Numbered from the stretch's first letter, positions 18,200-27,784 are shown. The stretch is 64,000 bases of DNA from an uncultured bacterium (GCA_964351495.1 CAYGOC010000006.1:19365-83364), one strand, 5' to 3'. Notes: generated by a model not told the origin, from the sequence alone. Made by a program: numbers and translations.

Positions 18200-19509
18200 A
18201 ATCCTCTAAATAAAGACTGTAATTCTGCAAGACTCTGTTCAAAGTTCGTTTTTTCATCTACCCCTTGTTTTAAAAATCGATTCACGGGCTGGATGTATTT
18301 TAAGGCAAAATCAGCATCTTTATCTGATCCCGGCTTGTACTCTCCAATACGGATAAGGAGTTCGTTTTTTTTGTAGTTGGCCAAAACTTCTCTCAGCTTG
18401 CCAATTAGCTTCATATGCTCTTGCGAGTTAATCGAGCCGATAATCCTACTTACAGAAGAGAGGATGTCAATGGCAGGATAATGATATTGCCTAGCTAACT
18501 CACTAGATAAGACTATATGACCATCTAAAATAGAGCGAACTTCATCTGCCACCGGTTCATTCATGTCATCTCCTGCTACCAGGATGGTATAAAAAGCGGT
18601 AATTGACCCCTTATCACTATTGCCCGACCTTTCTAAAAGCTTTGGAAGCGTTGCAAAAACAGAAGGAGTATATCCGGCTCTTGCAGGAGGTTCTCCCGCT
18701 GCTAAGCCTATCTCTCTTAGAGCCCTTGCAAAACGGGTAATAGAGTCCATCATTAAGATAACCGACTTACCCTGATCTCGAAAATACTCAGCAATAGCAG
18801 TACCTACATAAGCTGCATTAATACGAAGCTGTGGCGCTTGATCTGAGGTCGAAACGATAACTACAGACCTAGCAAGGCCCTCTTCTCCTAAGTCATTTTG
18901 TAAAAACTCACGAACCTCTCTGCCTCTTTCCCCAATTAAAGAGATTACGTTTACATCTGCTTTTGCATTTTTAGCGATCATTCCTAAAAGGGTGGATTTT
19001 CCCATCCCGGCTGCTGCAAAGATCCCTACCCTTTGTCCTTTGCCGCAGGTCAAAATAGCATCTATAGAACGAACCCCTACAGAAATAGGCTCTTCTATAA
19101 TCGCTCTTGTTAAAGGGTCAGGAGGAGTGTTGATAATCGGAAAGGCTTCATCGAGCTTTAAAGGACCTTTCGTCTCTTCGTCGATAGGCTCTCCTATGCC
19201 ATTTAAGATTCTTCCTAAAAGGTTTTTACCTACCTTGATGTGAAGAGAGAGGCGCATCGGAATTACTTCAGAAGAGGGGCCCACTCCTTTCATATCTCCC
19301 AAAGGAGATAAAAAAACTTCATCTTTGGTAAAACCTACCACTTCTGCAAGTAGAGGAGCTCCTTCCCTTTTGATAACACATACTTCGCCCATTTTTACTT
19401 GGGGAATAATGGCTTTTAAAAGAGTTCCTACCGCTTCTGTAATTCTACCGTGAACCGTAGTAAGCTCTAAATCTTCTAAGTGGCTTAATAATTTATCAAA
19501 AGAGTCCAT
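18196..19509 (-). CDS. sctN: T3SS ATPase SctN (CdsN)
   Basis: Walker A GIFAAAGMGKSTLLGMI, Walker B VILMMDSITRFARA, and F1/FliI-like GERGREV and PSVF motifs. Confidence 0.93.
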   Translation of the reverse strand: MDSFDKLLSHLEDLELTTVHGRITEAVGTLLKAIIPQVKMGEVCVIKREGAPLLAEVVGFTKDEVFLSPLGDMKGVGPSSEVIPMRLSLHIKVGKNLLGRILNGIGEPIDEETKGPLKLDEAFPIINTPPDPLTRAIIEEPISVGVRSIDAILTCGKGQRVGIFAAAGMGKSTLLGMIAKNAKADVNVISLIGERGREVREFLQNDLGEEGLARSVVIVSTSDQAPQLRINAAYVGTAIAEYFRDQGKSVILMMDSITRFARALREIGLAAGEPPARAGYTPSVFATLPKLLERSGNSDKGSITAFYTILVAGDDMNEPVADEVRSILDGHIVLSSELARQYHYPAIDILSSVSRIIGSINSQEHMKLIGKLREVLANYKKNELLIRIGEYKPGSDKDADFALKYIQPVNRFLKQGVDEKTNFEQSLAELQSLFRGL

Positions 19510-19516
19510 AGACTAC

Positions 19517-20128
19517 TTAAATTTGGATGTTCATCATCTGTTTGAACATATCTACCACCTTACCTAGTAAGATAGAAGAGTATTCCAATTCCTGTTGTGC
19601 CTGTGAAAGCTTTACTTGTACAGAAATTAAAGCAGCAGGATTTAAACTGTCCTCTGTTTTTAAGGTTTCCAGCTGCTTTTTTGCAGCCAAAATTTGCCTT
19701 TGCCCATTTGTTACATATCCCAAAAACCTTCTTATAGGGCCTGTCCCTTTAGGAGTATAAGAAGAAGAGGGGACTCCTAGCTTTGTAGAAGCACTTTGAA
19801 TATGGGTGTTTGCTTTTTTTAGATTGTTTTCTAAAAGACGGGAATGCTGTTTTTTCATTTTCACTTTGGCATTTGCTTCGAGCTGTCCTTGCAAAGAATC
19901 TAAAGAAGCTCCTACCGTGTTTACTTGCCCTTTTACAGAAGCTAAAGTGGGTTTAGTCCCTAAAGAAGAGGAAGACTGAGTTGTTTCTTCTACCGACTTT
20001 CTTTCTATAGTATTGGGGGAATTTAGGTGTTTTTCAAAGGCAGCCTGATTAGGGTTTTCCTGCCCTGTTTTTGTAAGTTCCTTATTATTTCCTGGTTGAA
20101 TTCTTTCAACGGGATTGTTTTCGGCCAT
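19517..20128 (-). CDS. Hypothetical T3SS-cluster protein (occupies the slot between cdsG and cdsN)
   Basis: Called on position only. N-terminal Q/S/N-rich region. The C-terminal helix LISVQVKLSQAQQELEYSSILLGKVVDMFKQMMNIQI resembles needle/inner-rod family C-termini. Confidence 0.45.
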   Translation of the reverse strand: MAENNPVERIQPGNNKELTKTGQENPNQAAFEKHLNSPNTIERKSVEETTQSSSSLGTKPTLASVKGQVNTVGASLDSLQGQLEANAKVKMKKQHSRLLENNLKKANTHIQSASTKLGVPSSSYTPKGTGPIRRFLGYVTNGQRQILAAKKQLETLKTEDSLNPAALISVQVKLSQAQQELEYSSILLGKVVDMFKQMMNIQI

Positions 20129-20570
20129 GCTTTTTTCCCTTCGTTCTTGTTTTGGAGATTCCCTCTATAGGAGAAGATTTTTTTTTCACAAATGTATCTA
20201 CAAACTTTAAGGCAGATTCAGAGAGGTTTTTTACCATCTTATCTTCAGAATTTAACGTCTCTTCTAAAATTTTTTCTCCTTTATTGACTTTTGTAGAAGA
20301 AAAAACAAGACAAAGACCTAAAAAAGATTTTACCATTTCATTGTTAGGCTCTTTTTTTAACACCTTTTCAAAGAGATCACACGCCTTTTTTATTTGTAGT
20401 TTATGTAAATACAAATACCCCATTCCAATGGTAGGAAGAGAGTTTTCCGGATTTAACAGAGAGGCCGCTTGAAACAGTTTAATGGCAGAGTCTTCATCCG
20501 ATTGATTTACTGCTATGAAACCAGATTCTGCAAAAAGGAGAAAGTCATCTTCATACGTTGTAAGATCCAT
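20106..20570 (-). CDS. TPR-like needle co-chaperone (CdsG/YscG-like)
   Basis: Helical-repeat/TPR-like sequence (AIKLFQAASLLNPENSLPTIGMGYLYLHKLQIKKACDLFEKVLKKEPNN), immediately downstream of the needle gene. Confidence 0.55.
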   Translation of the reverse strand: MDLTTYEDDFLLFAESGFIAVNQSDEDSAIKLFQAASLLNPENSLPTIGMGYLYLHKLQIKKACDLFEKVLKKEPNNEMVKSFLGLCLVFSSTKVNKGEKILEETLNSEDKMVKNLSESALKFVDTFVKKKSSPIEGISKTRTKGKKHGRKQSR

Positions 20571-20579
20571 ATTATCCTA

Positions 20580-20819
20580 TTATTGAGGTCTTTGGTTTCT
20601 AACGGTTGCGTTAATCATACTGTTTACCTGAGCAATCAAGTTGGAAATAGAATCTCCCACCTGAGTTACCTGGCTCATTTGAAACTGAATTAATAAAAAC
20701 TGACCGGGATTTGCTTGGCTGAGTTTACTCGCCAGTTTTTTTACCTGGTCTACTAACTTACTTTGGATCTGCGCATATTTTTTTATCAGATCATTAAAAC
20801 TGAGGACAGTATCTGCCAT
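20580..20819 (-). CDS. sctF: T3SS needle subunit SctF (CdsF)
   Basis: 79-aa helix-turn-helix-sized protein with a PGQ turn and a needle-type C-terminus (FLLIQFQMSQVTQVGDSISNLIAQVNSMINATVRNQ). Flanked by the two co-chaperone-like genes. Confidence 0.7.
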   Translation of the reverse strand: MADTVLSFNDLIKKYAQIQSKLVDQVKKLASKLSQANPGQFLLIQFQMSQVTQVGDSISNLIAQVNSMINATVRNQRPQ

Positions 20820-20831
20820 GAAAATCTCCTT

Positions 20832-21071
20832 CTAGGGTTTCTCGATTTTTTGTAAAACTTTTTGCAAAGCTTGATAAGCATGAAATAAAGCGCCGCACTT
20901 TTCTATTTCTTTATTAGAAAAATTTCCTGTTCGCATTTCTTTTTTTAACTCTTCTATTTTGGCCTTTGCTTCTTTTACTAGTTTTGCTTTTTTTGCCGGG
21001 TTTTTATACAGCTCTTCTTCTAAGTCAAATTGAAATTTTTCTTTTTTTGGTTTATTTTCTAGTCCGTACAT
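20832..21071 (-). CDS. Small helical needle co-chaperone (CdsE/YscE-like)
   Basis: Lies between sctD and sctF; small charged helical protein. Start placed at the internal ATG 21071 (AAGG 8 nt upstream), which removes the 44-nt overlap with sctD. Confidence 0.5.
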   Translation of the reverse strand: MYGLENKPKKEKFQFDLEEELYKNPAKKAKLVKEAKAKIEELKKEMRTGNFSNKEIEKCGALFHAYQALQKVLQKIEKP

Positions 21072-21075
21072 AACT

Positions 21076-22929
21076 TTACCTTGTATAATCAACTCTATAA
21101 CTGATGCCCTCTTTTTCAAAAAGGACCATATTGGGCAAAATCTCTTTAAGAGTCATTCCGTCTATACTTTCTCCCTTACTTAAAACTTTTCCGTTAATGA
21201 TTATGTTAAAGTCTTTACTATCTTTTTTTACAAAACCACTTACCTGATATTTGTCGGAAAGATTGATAGCCGTATTTTCCGGATTGGAAGGGATAGCAAT
21301 ATTTTTTACTCGAATAATCCCAGGAAGTTTTTGTAAGCCTTGCACAAGATAAGAAAGTTCCCTCCCTTTATTTTCATTATAGAGTCCCTGTATAAAAAGC
21401 TCTCCTTCTACTAGCTGAAAGGAAATAGCAGAAAACCCTTTTTGTAAAAAAATAGAGCGTATTTCTTCTGTCAAAATGGCCTCTACTACCACTTCGTTTT
21501 GCAGGTGATCCAGGTAAGGAAAATTACTATTTAAATAGTCTTGTAAATCTTTTTTATCCTCTTCTGTTTTTACAAAACCGGAAAGAATAAACTCTCCCGC
21601 TTTCGGGCTATGCAGAAAAATTCCTTTAAAACTCTCTTTGGAAGAGAGCACATCGTTGGTGCTTTTCCACACATATTCATCGATGATGATGTTGTCTTCT
21701 ACCGTCTCTACTCCTTTGATATGATCTATATTGTAGAGCAGCTCTTCATGTTCTATAGGAGTCAAAACGTGGCCTACTAAAAAGAGCTTTCCCGAAGAAG
21801 GATTGAAAGAAAACTCTACTTTGGCAAATTTCTCTAAGGATTTTTGGATAGACTCTTTGGCTTTTTTTTCAGAAATAGCAATAGGCTCTGATTTAAAAAG
21901 GGAAAAAAAACTTAAAAACACCACAAATAAAGCCACGAACGAGGCTACGGCAATAGTTAAATGAGACTTGGGGATTATGAGCTCTTTCCAGGAGGAGGGT
22001 GCTTTTTCCTCTTCTGTTTCCAAGGCCTCTTCTTCTACCTCCTCTTCTTTATTCCCCATAGGAGAGTAGATAGTTTCCGCATTTTTTTCTTTGTCTATTA
22101 CTAAAAAAGTAGTGGTTCCCATTTGGATTAAGTTTTGGGGGGTAATATCCTTCCTTCCTTCCAAAGGTTTTCCATCTACGAAGGTCCCATTTTTCGATCC
22201 TAAGTCTTCTAGTTCTATTTCCCCTTTTTCTTTTACAGAGAGCCTGGCATGGTTTGTAGAGACGCTTACATCTTGAAAGACAATATCACACGAGTTTGGG
22301 TCTTTTCCTATAATGTAAGATCGATTTTTTTGTATGGAGATTTCTGCTCCTGCATTAGGACCTGCTATCACCTTTAACAAAAGAGAAGAGGAATCCATTA
22401 GATTAAAGGGAAGGTTTTCCGGATCATCAGAGTCTTCAAAAATGGTGTCGTAGGCAGTTTTTCCGTACTCTTTTTTAAAGTCCTCTTCTTCCTCCTCTTC
22501 CTGTTCTTCAGAAAAGGGGAGTTCCTTATCTTCCTCGTTAGGATCCTGTGGTTTTTCTTCTTTTTCAGATAAAATATCGGGTTCTTCTTCCTCTTCATCA
22601 CTATCAAAAATGGCGTCAAAGCTATTTTTTGGTGAAAGGTCTTTATAGGAGAAGAGAATTTCTGTTTCGCCTATTTGTAAAACATATCCTTCTTTGAGTT
22701 CAAAGGGGGGGATAATGCTTTTCCCATTTACCAAGCATTTAGAGGGAGCTACTATAAAAAAGAGTGATTCTTTTTTTTCTAAGATAATTTTTTGAGAAGA
22801 GATAGCAGGATCTTGTAAAAGAATGTCGCATTCTTCAGGGCTATTTCCTATAACCCATCTATCTTGGTCTTCTAAAGAAAAAGAAGCTCCTTTTTGAACT
22901 CCTTTTTGTATTTTTATATGAGCTGCCAT
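21076..22929 (-). CDS. sctD: T3SS inner-membrane ring protein SctD (CdsD) with two FHA-like domains
   Basis: Two FHA-like segments (WVIGNSPEECDILLQDPAISSQ... and YIIGKDPNSCDIVFQDVSVSTNHARL...LGSKNGTFVDG) separated by an acidic linker. One TM helix (IAVASFVALFVVFLSFFSLF) and a periplasmic C-terminal region. Confidence 0.75.
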   Translation of the reverse strand: MAAHIKIQKGVQKGASFSLEDQDRWVIGNSPEECDILLQDPAISSQKIILEKKESLFFIVAPSKCLVNGKSIIPPFELKEGYVLQIGETEILFSYKDLSPKNSFDAIFDSDEEEEEPDILSEKEEKPQDPNEEDKELPFSEEQEEEEEEDFKKEYGKTAYDTIFEDSDDPENLPFNLMDSSSLLLKVIAGPNAGAEISIQKNRSYIIGKDPNSCDIVFQDVSVSTNHARLSVKEKGEIELEDLGSKNGTFVDGKPLEGRKDITPQNLIQMGTTTFLVIDKEKNAETIYSPMGNKEEEVEEEALETEEEKAPSSWKELIIPKSHLTIAVASFVALFVVFLSFFSLFKSEPIAISEKKAKESIQKSLEKFAKVEFSFNPSSGKLFLVGHVLTPIEHEELLYNIDHIKGVETVEDNIIIDEYVWKSTNDVLSSKESFKGIFLHSPKAGEFILSGFVKTEEDKKDLQDYLNSNFPYLDHLQNEVVVEAILTEEIRSIFLQKGFSAISFQLVEGELFIQGLYNENKGRELSYLVQGLQKLPGIIRVKNIAIPSNPENTAINLSDKYQVSGFVKKDSKDFNIIINGKVLSKGESIDGMTLKEILPNMVLFEKEGISYRVDYTR

Positions 22930-22933
22930 ATTG

Positions 22934-23338
22934 CTACTTTACTAAAGAAGGAGTCTTCTCCCCCTCTATCCATTCTCTCCAATACAATAAATAATTGGTG
23001 AAATCCTCTAGAGCCTCTTTAAAAGAGGTGTAGTTTGTGGGATTTATCACCTTTGAAGAAAAGACAAAATATCGCTCTTTTTCTTCTAAACTAATCACGC
23101 CCCCTCCGGTTCCCTGTCCCAAAAGGTTTGCTTCCATAAGTTTTAATAGGACTTCCTCTTTTTTTTCAGAAGGAAAACTTGCTATAGCTGCGCTTATTTT
23201 TATTTCTTTATCAGACTCGGTTAAAAAAAGCTCTAAATTAGGAAAAAGAAAAAAAGAACAGGCATTTTCTTTTTCCCAAACTACTTTGGGAAACTCTTCT
23301 AGTTCTTGAAAAAGCTCTTCTAACAAAGCTGACAGCAT
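22934..23338 (-). CDS. Small acidic T3S chaperone-like protein (position of Chlamydia Scc4/CT663)
   Basis: About 134-aa acidic protein immediately upstream of sctD, as in Chlamydia. ATG 23338 preferred over TTG 23347. Function assigned by position and size only. Confidence 0.45.
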   Translation of the reverse strand: MLSALLEELFQELEEFPKVVWEKENACSFFLFPNLELFLTESDKEIKISAAIASFPSEKKEEVLLKLMEANLLGQGTGGGVISLEEKERYFVFSSKVINPTNYTSFKEALEDFTNYLLYWREWIEGEKTPSLVK

Positions 23339-23363
23339 ATAGTTCAATAACCCCGTTTAAGTC

Positions 23364-23392
23364 ATCATAAAAAAATAAAAAGGAGTTGGCAA
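23364..23392 (-). promoter_or_regulatory. Sigma70-like promoter for the chaperone-like/sctD operon (TTGCCA-17 nt-TATGAT on minus strand)
   Basis: The reverse complement reads TTGCCA (23392-23387), a 17-nt spacer, then TATGAT (23369-23364). It lies directly downstream of the terminator at 23409-23438. Confidence 0.5.
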
Positions 23393-23408
23393 CTAAAAGC
23401 TTTTTTTT

Positions 23409-23438
23409 AAAAAAAAAGGGCCGCCATGATAGCGACCC
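23409..23438 (-). terminator. Rho-independent terminator ending the translocon-like operon
   Basis: The minus-strand RNA would read GGGUCGC-UAUCAUG-GCGGCCC (7-bp stem including one G-U pair) followed by a run of 9 U. Confidence 0.75.
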
Positions 23439-23471
23439 CAAGAGGATTTTTATGAAAAAGACAATTTTATT

Positions 23472-24350
23472 TTAAGCAGCGCGGTTTGCAGCCTCTATTG
23501 CTTCTCGTACTCTAGTAAGAGATTCTAAAGCACTAGAAATAGAGTTTAATAAAGAGGTAGAGATCTGGTTGTTTAACTGAACGATCTGGCTTCCCCAATC
23601 TGCAAGCTGTTTTGCATAGTCAGCGTGAGCTTTTAACATCATTTCTTCTTTTTTCTTACTCGCAGTTACCGCCTTTGAGATTCCGGTAAAAATTTGGCTT
23701 AACGTGCTAAAGTTTTGGAAAAGCTGTTGAATTTGTCCTTCGTGTTGGCTTTTCTTCGTTTCCAATCTATCTTGCTGTTTTTCTGCTCTTGCTAAAAGCT
23801 CTTCTCGCTCTTTATTGGTTACAACACCCAAAGCATCTCTTTCTTGTTGTATAAGAGGGGTGTCAAAGTTGCGCATTCTCAAATCAGAGATCGTTTGGTT
23901 GAACTGAGTATTAGTTCCGTTTTGTCTTGCTGAGAAATTAACTTGGTGGCTTTGGGTTGTTTTAATCAAGTTGATATTCGCTTCTGTAGCCTCTAGTTTT
24001 GCATTCACTTCTTTTAAAGAAGCTAAAGAAGGAGCATTCTTTAAAAGAGGGGTCTTCATAAGAAGGTTGGACCCCCCTGCAGCATAAGCCATACTAGCAG
24101 AGCTCATCACAGTAGAAACGGAAGCTTCTACAGCTTGGTCTACCATTTCATAGTAAAGCTGTTCTGCTTGGTGAATTCCCGACTCTAACATAGCATCAGC
24201 AGATGCCTTAGACGCTTCTTTCCCCACTACCACTTGGTTGTTTAGTTCTTTGTAGTTGGATTCTTGAATTTTTAATAAAGCAGCAAACAAATCGGCTAAA
24301 GAGTTAGCCGTAAGAGCTGTTGCACTGCTATTTTGTACTGAGATATCCAT
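23472..24350 (-). CDS. Putative minor translocator (SctB class; EspB/SseD/YopD-like architecture)
   Basis: 292 aa. Helical N-terminus (LADLFAALLKIQESNYKEL), one weakly hydrophobic A/S-rich segment (VEASVSTVMSSASMAYAAGGSNLLM), and an amphipathic C-terminal coiled coil. AAGGAG lies 8 nt upstream. Last gene of the operon. Confidence 0.4.
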   Translation of the reverse strand: MDISVQNSSATALTANSLADLFAALLKIQESNYKELNNQVVVGKEASKASADAMLESGIHQAEQLYYEMVDQAVEASVSTVMSSASMAYAAGGSNLLMKTPLLKNAPSLASLKEVNAKLEATEANINLIKTTQSHQVNFSARQNGTNTQFNQTISDLRMRNFDTPLIQQERDALGVVTNKEREELLARAEKQQDRLETKKSQHEGQIQQLFQNFSTLSQIFTGISKAVTASKKKEEMMLKAHADYAKQLADWGSQIVQLNNQISTSLLNSISSALESLTRVREAIEAANRAA

Positions 24351-24384
24351 TTTTTTTCTCCTTTATATTATTATAATAGTTTTT

Positions 24385-25581
24385 TTAAGCAGCAGAGTTG
24401 GTTAAAACCCGAGCTGCACTTTCCCAAGCCATAGGGAGGGTTCCTAAAGCTTTTACTTCATCCCCAAAAGACTTTTGTAAGGTAGTTTCTGCTTGTGAGG
24501 TAAGATGTACTAAAGACTCTACGTTTTGCATTATTTCATGTATCAAAAACAAAGTGGAATTCGTAGAAGCCATTTTTGTCTCAAAATCATACATTGATTT
24601 TTGGATGGACATCATTTGAAATCCAAGCGCGCCTTGAGCAATCCCAGCTCCTCCTTGTAAACCTGAAAGGAGTCTTTGGGCTTTTTCAGAATTCATTAGT
24701 TTTTCTAAAAAACTACTGGTTTTGGCGTTTCTTTCAAAAACGTTAGAACCTGTTTTTCCCGCTTTAAGTATAGCCACAATAGCCACAAGAGCGTTGATAA
24801 CACCCGCTACGATAGCGGCATCTTTTTTGCTCATGCCGGCCTTTTCTAAAAGCGCTTGAGTAGGATTTATGGTAGCCAAGCTCTGAGCAAAGGTAGTATA
24901 TCCTACCGCTTTAAAAGAGCTTGCCATCTGATCTGAAACGGAAGTAGTGGTAGCTTGAGTTCCATCATCGATAGCAGCACCTATGGCTCCATCAATTCCG
25001 GCACCGGCTAACCCACCTGCCAAAGCAAGACCTATGGTAAAGCCTAATTTCGCTCCCGCTCCCATATGGGCAGTAGCTTTATTTAAAGTACCTGTCTCTT
25101 GCATAGCAAACATAGCACTTGCTATTAAAAGAGCCCCAGGTCCCATAAAGGCAGCTGCAAAAATAGAAAGAGCTCCTACTACGATACCTATAATGTGCAT
25201 AATGCCTGATCTATGCTCCTCTTCTCTTTTGAGCTTTTCCATATGCACTATTTCAGACTTGATTTTTTTTACCTCATCCATTCCTTGTTTTTCTAAAACA
25301 GTACTGATTTTGGCCTGATTTGTAGTATCTTTGGTATGCAGCGTGATTAAAAGCACTTCCAGCTCTTGAATTAGCTCTAAGGTTTCCATGATTACCTTGG
25401 CCGGATCTTGAGGCTTAGCTCCATCTTGAGAAACTAGCTTCATATCTTCAATACCCTTCGTTTTCTTGGAAGAGGTAGCTTTTGCCATTTCTTGTTCCTT
25501 TTCCCTGCTTTTTGCAGAGTCCATAGAAAGAAGCTCTTCTGAAAGAGGTAAAAGGCTATTTTGTATAGTTATATTACTCAT
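24385..25581 (-). CDS. Putative major translocator (SctE class; EspD/SseC/YopB-like architecture)
   Basis: 398 aa. N-terminal coiled coil, then two long hydrophobic helices (IMHIIGIVVGALSIFAAAFMGPGALLIASAMFAM and GAKLGFTIGLALAGGLAGAGIDGAIGAAI) and a third (AAIVAGVINALVAIVAILKAG). AAGGAG lies 8 nt upstream. Confidence 0.55.
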   Translation of the reverse strand: MSNITIQNSLLPLSEELLSMDSAKSREKEQEMAKATSSKKTKGIEDMKLVSQDGAKPQDPAKVIMETLELIQELEVLLITLHTKDTTNQAKISTVLEKQGMDEVKKIKSEIVHMEKLKREEEHRSGIMHIIGIVVGALSIFAAAFMGPGALLIASAMFAMQETGTLNKATAHMGAGAKLGFTIGLALAGGLAGAGIDGAIGAAIDDGTQATTTSVSDQMASSFKAVGYTTFAQSLATINPTQALLEKAGMSKKDAAIVAGVINALVAIVAILKAGKTGSNVFERNAKTSSFLEKLMNSEKAQRLLSGLQGGAGIAQGALGFQMMSIQKSMYDFETKMASTNSTLFLIHEIMQNVESLVHLTSQAETTLQKSFGDEVKALGTLPMAWESAARVLTNSAA

Positions 25582-25592
25582 ATAGTTTCTCC

Positions 25593-26087
25593 TTACGCTA
25601 TCAAGTGAGATAGAGTACTGTAAATGTTGTTCAAGCTAGCAAGCCCCTGGAAGAAGTTTGATACCTGTTGGTTTAACGAAGAGATCCCTTGGGTGAACTG
25701 ATCCCTTTGAGATCCGTTTTGGGTTTGTTCGTTGTTCCAGTAGTCGTGCACCGTAGTGTAGAAAGTTTGCCAGTATTGCAGTTTTCCTGAGTTTTTACTG
25801 TGTAAGGAGATCTCTTTTAAGATATCGTCCAACTGCTTTTGAGATCGTTCAGCAATAGACTCTCCTCTTTTGGTAATTTCATTTAAAATTTTTGTCATAC
25901 TGGTTACCATAAGACTCTGCAAAATTTGCGCAAAGTTTACAGAATCACTAAAAGCCTGATCTAGACCGTCTCCTCCGGCGCTCATTACACTAAAGCCGCC
26001 GCCCGATCCTTTTTTAGCAGGACTCAAAGTAGAGGCATGCTGGGAAGTCTTATCGGGACTGTTCCCGTTTACAGAAGTTTCTGCCAT
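25593..26087 (-). CDS. Putative EspA/SseB-like secreted (tip/filament-class) protein, 164 aa
   Basis: Start at ATG 26087 with AGGAG 8 nt upstream. Disordered N-terminus, a central helix (FAQILQSLMVTSMTKILNEITKRGESIAERSQKQ), and a C-terminal heptad helix (FTQGISSLNQQVSNFFQGLASLNNIYSTLSHLIA). Lies immediately 5' of the two-TM translocator. Confidence 0.35.
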   Translation of the reverse strand: MAETSVNGNSPDKTSQHASTLSPAKKGSGGGFSVMSAGGDGLDQAFSDSVNFAQILQSLMVTSMTKILNEITKRGESIAERSQKQLDDILKEISLHSKNSGKLQYWQTFYTTVHDYWNNEQTQNGSQRDQFTQGISSLNQQVSNFFQGLASLNNIYSTLSHLIA

Positions 26088-26118
26088 AATTATTACTCCT
26101 TTATTATTATCTAATTTT

Positions 26119-27753
26119 TTATGAGTTTGCTCTTTCTTGGTTTTGAACAAGGGTATGTTCCCAACCGTTTGAGTAGTTATCTATTAATATGGACTTAATC
26201 GCAGAGAGCATCGTATTAATTTTCGAGCTCATGTTACCCTCTTCTGTTTGTACCGCTTGAGACTGTCCTGAGATCGCTTGAGAGGCTGCGTTTAACCCTC
26301 CAATCAACTGGCTAAAAAAGCTGTTGCCATCTGAGCCTGTATCTCCAGATCCACCTGCTAGATCTGATTTAGGAGGCTTCGGAGGTTTTGGGGTAGGAGG
26401 GGGTGCGTAAGCTGCTTTGTTAAAGTCTTTAGCTAAGTCATCCCAAGAGATAACATCTCCAGGTCCGTTACCGATTAAGTTATGCTGGATTAAGTACTGT
26501 AAAGAGACTTCCTTTCCACCTACTTTTACGCCAGGCTTCCAGTTTAAAAAGTTCATAAGAGCGGTTACTACCTGTCCTGCAGATCCACCATATTTTTGCT
26601 GACGAGCTAATACCTGAGCCAAGATCTCCTGGATTTGTCCGATAAACTTTTTAAAGTCATCTCCGTTTTTAAATCCTCCGGCAGAGAATTTATTCAAGAT
26701 GTCAGAGTCTTCCTTAGCTAGGTTTTGTAAAAGCGTAGACAAGTTACCGTAAGCTCCTAAAGTACCTTCCTGCTCACTCATGTTCTCTCCTAAGATACCC
26801 ATGATTAAAGGGGCTAAAAGGTAAACACCGGAACTTGCATACTTGCTCACTAAAAGGTCGACGATCTGTTGTAAAAGCGCCTTTTCAAAGCTAGAAATAG
26901 AGCTGTTTTCTATGAAAAAGTTATCTCCATATCCTTGCTGAACCCAGTAGTATTCTTGTGCTGTATAGATAGGAACTCCATCTGGAGAAGCTGAGTTCAT
27001 CCAAGCATCTAGTCGGTCCTTTTCTCCTAAAGCGTTAGCAGCGGCTTTTAACTGATCTAAAAAGGGGTTATTATTGGTTCCAAGGCCGTTCAAAGCGTCC
27101 ATTAACTTTTGCATTTCTTCTTCTGTCTTGGTTTTATCTCCATTACTTTCAAAGAAGTAGAACCCTCTAAGGGCTTCTACGATGAAAAGAGCAAAGCTTC
27201 CAGACTGAGATCCGCTTCCGTGGATATTTCCAATACCGTTTAAGGCTTTTTGGATCTCAGGAGGAAAGTTCCCTCCAAATCGTTTTTGTAAGTTAATCAC
27301 AAACTGAACCAGACCAAATATTTGGTTATAACATCCTGAGTTTTCTCGGATGTCATGGATCCACAGTTTTAACTCTTGTAAAATCTGTTCAATGTTGTCT
27401 GAGTAGGCATCGTTAGGGTTAAAAGGAGAGTTCGGTTCATTCGGAAAATTAGGCCAGTCAATACCGTCGTTGTTGCCGGTATTCGTGCTAAAAGAGCCGT
27501 CTCCGGAGGTTAAGCCTCTTCCAATGATGCCGTTTACCCCAGCATCAAAACCGGCTCCTCCTGTAGCTCCTTGAGAAGAGTTATTTGCATGAGCCCCTTC
27601 TAATCCTTGTCTTACCGTATGGTGTAACAGGATTAAGGCTGCAATAGAGAGTGTATCTACAGACTTTTCTTCCTTTTTGTCAGAAGAAAGTTTCTTTAGC
27701 TCTTCTAGATTTACACTTTCTAAAAGGGTTAAATCAGGGTTAAAGTCTTTCAT
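26119..27753 (-). CDS. Hypothetical protein, 544 aa (candidate T3S substrate)
   Basis: No signal peptide or TM helix. G/N/S-rich N-terminal third, a PPPTPKPPKPPK tract, and a C-terminal helix (FFSQLIGGLNAASQAISGQSQAVQ...INTMLSAIKSIL). GAGGA SD. Operon member. Confidence 0.5.
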   Translation of the reverse strand: MKDFNPDLTLLESVNLEELKKLSSDKKEEKSVDTLSIAALILLHHTVRQGLEGAHANNSSQGATGGAGFDAGVNGIIGRGLTSGDGSFSTNTGNNDGIDWPNFPNEPNSPFNPNDAYSDNIEQILQELKLWIHDIRENSGCYNQIFGLVQFVINLQKRFGGNFPPEIQKALNGIGNIHGSGSQSGSFALFIVEALRGFYFFESNGDKTKTEEEMQKLMDALNGLGTNNNPFLDQLKAAANALGEKDRLDAWMNSASPDGVPIYTAQEYYWVQQGYGDNFFIENSSISSFEKALLQQIVDLLVSKYASSGVYLLAPLIMGILGENMSEQEGTLGAYGNLSTLLQNLAKEDSDILNKFSAGGFKNGDDFKKFIGQIQEILAQVLARQQKYGGSAGQVVTALMNFLNWKPGVKVGGKEVSLQYLIQHNLIGNGPGDVISWDDLAKDFNKAAYAPPPTPKPPKPPKSDLAGGSGDTGSDGNSFFSQLIGGLNAASQAISGQSQAVQTEEGNMSSKINTMLSAIKSILIDNYSNGWEHTLVQNQERANS

Positions 27754-27784
27754 TGTTATCCTCTTTTTTTATTAAGTAAATTTG

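Noticed and set aside
22398-22619. GAA/GAG-rich repetitive DNA (a possible repeat array) and a 73-aa basic ORF on the same strand as sctD.
   Set aside because: The repetitiveness simply encodes the acidic E/D linker between the two FHA-like domains of SctD. The 73-aa ORF is an out-of-frame read of the same purine-rich tract. There is no spacer/repeat organisation of a CRISPR type.
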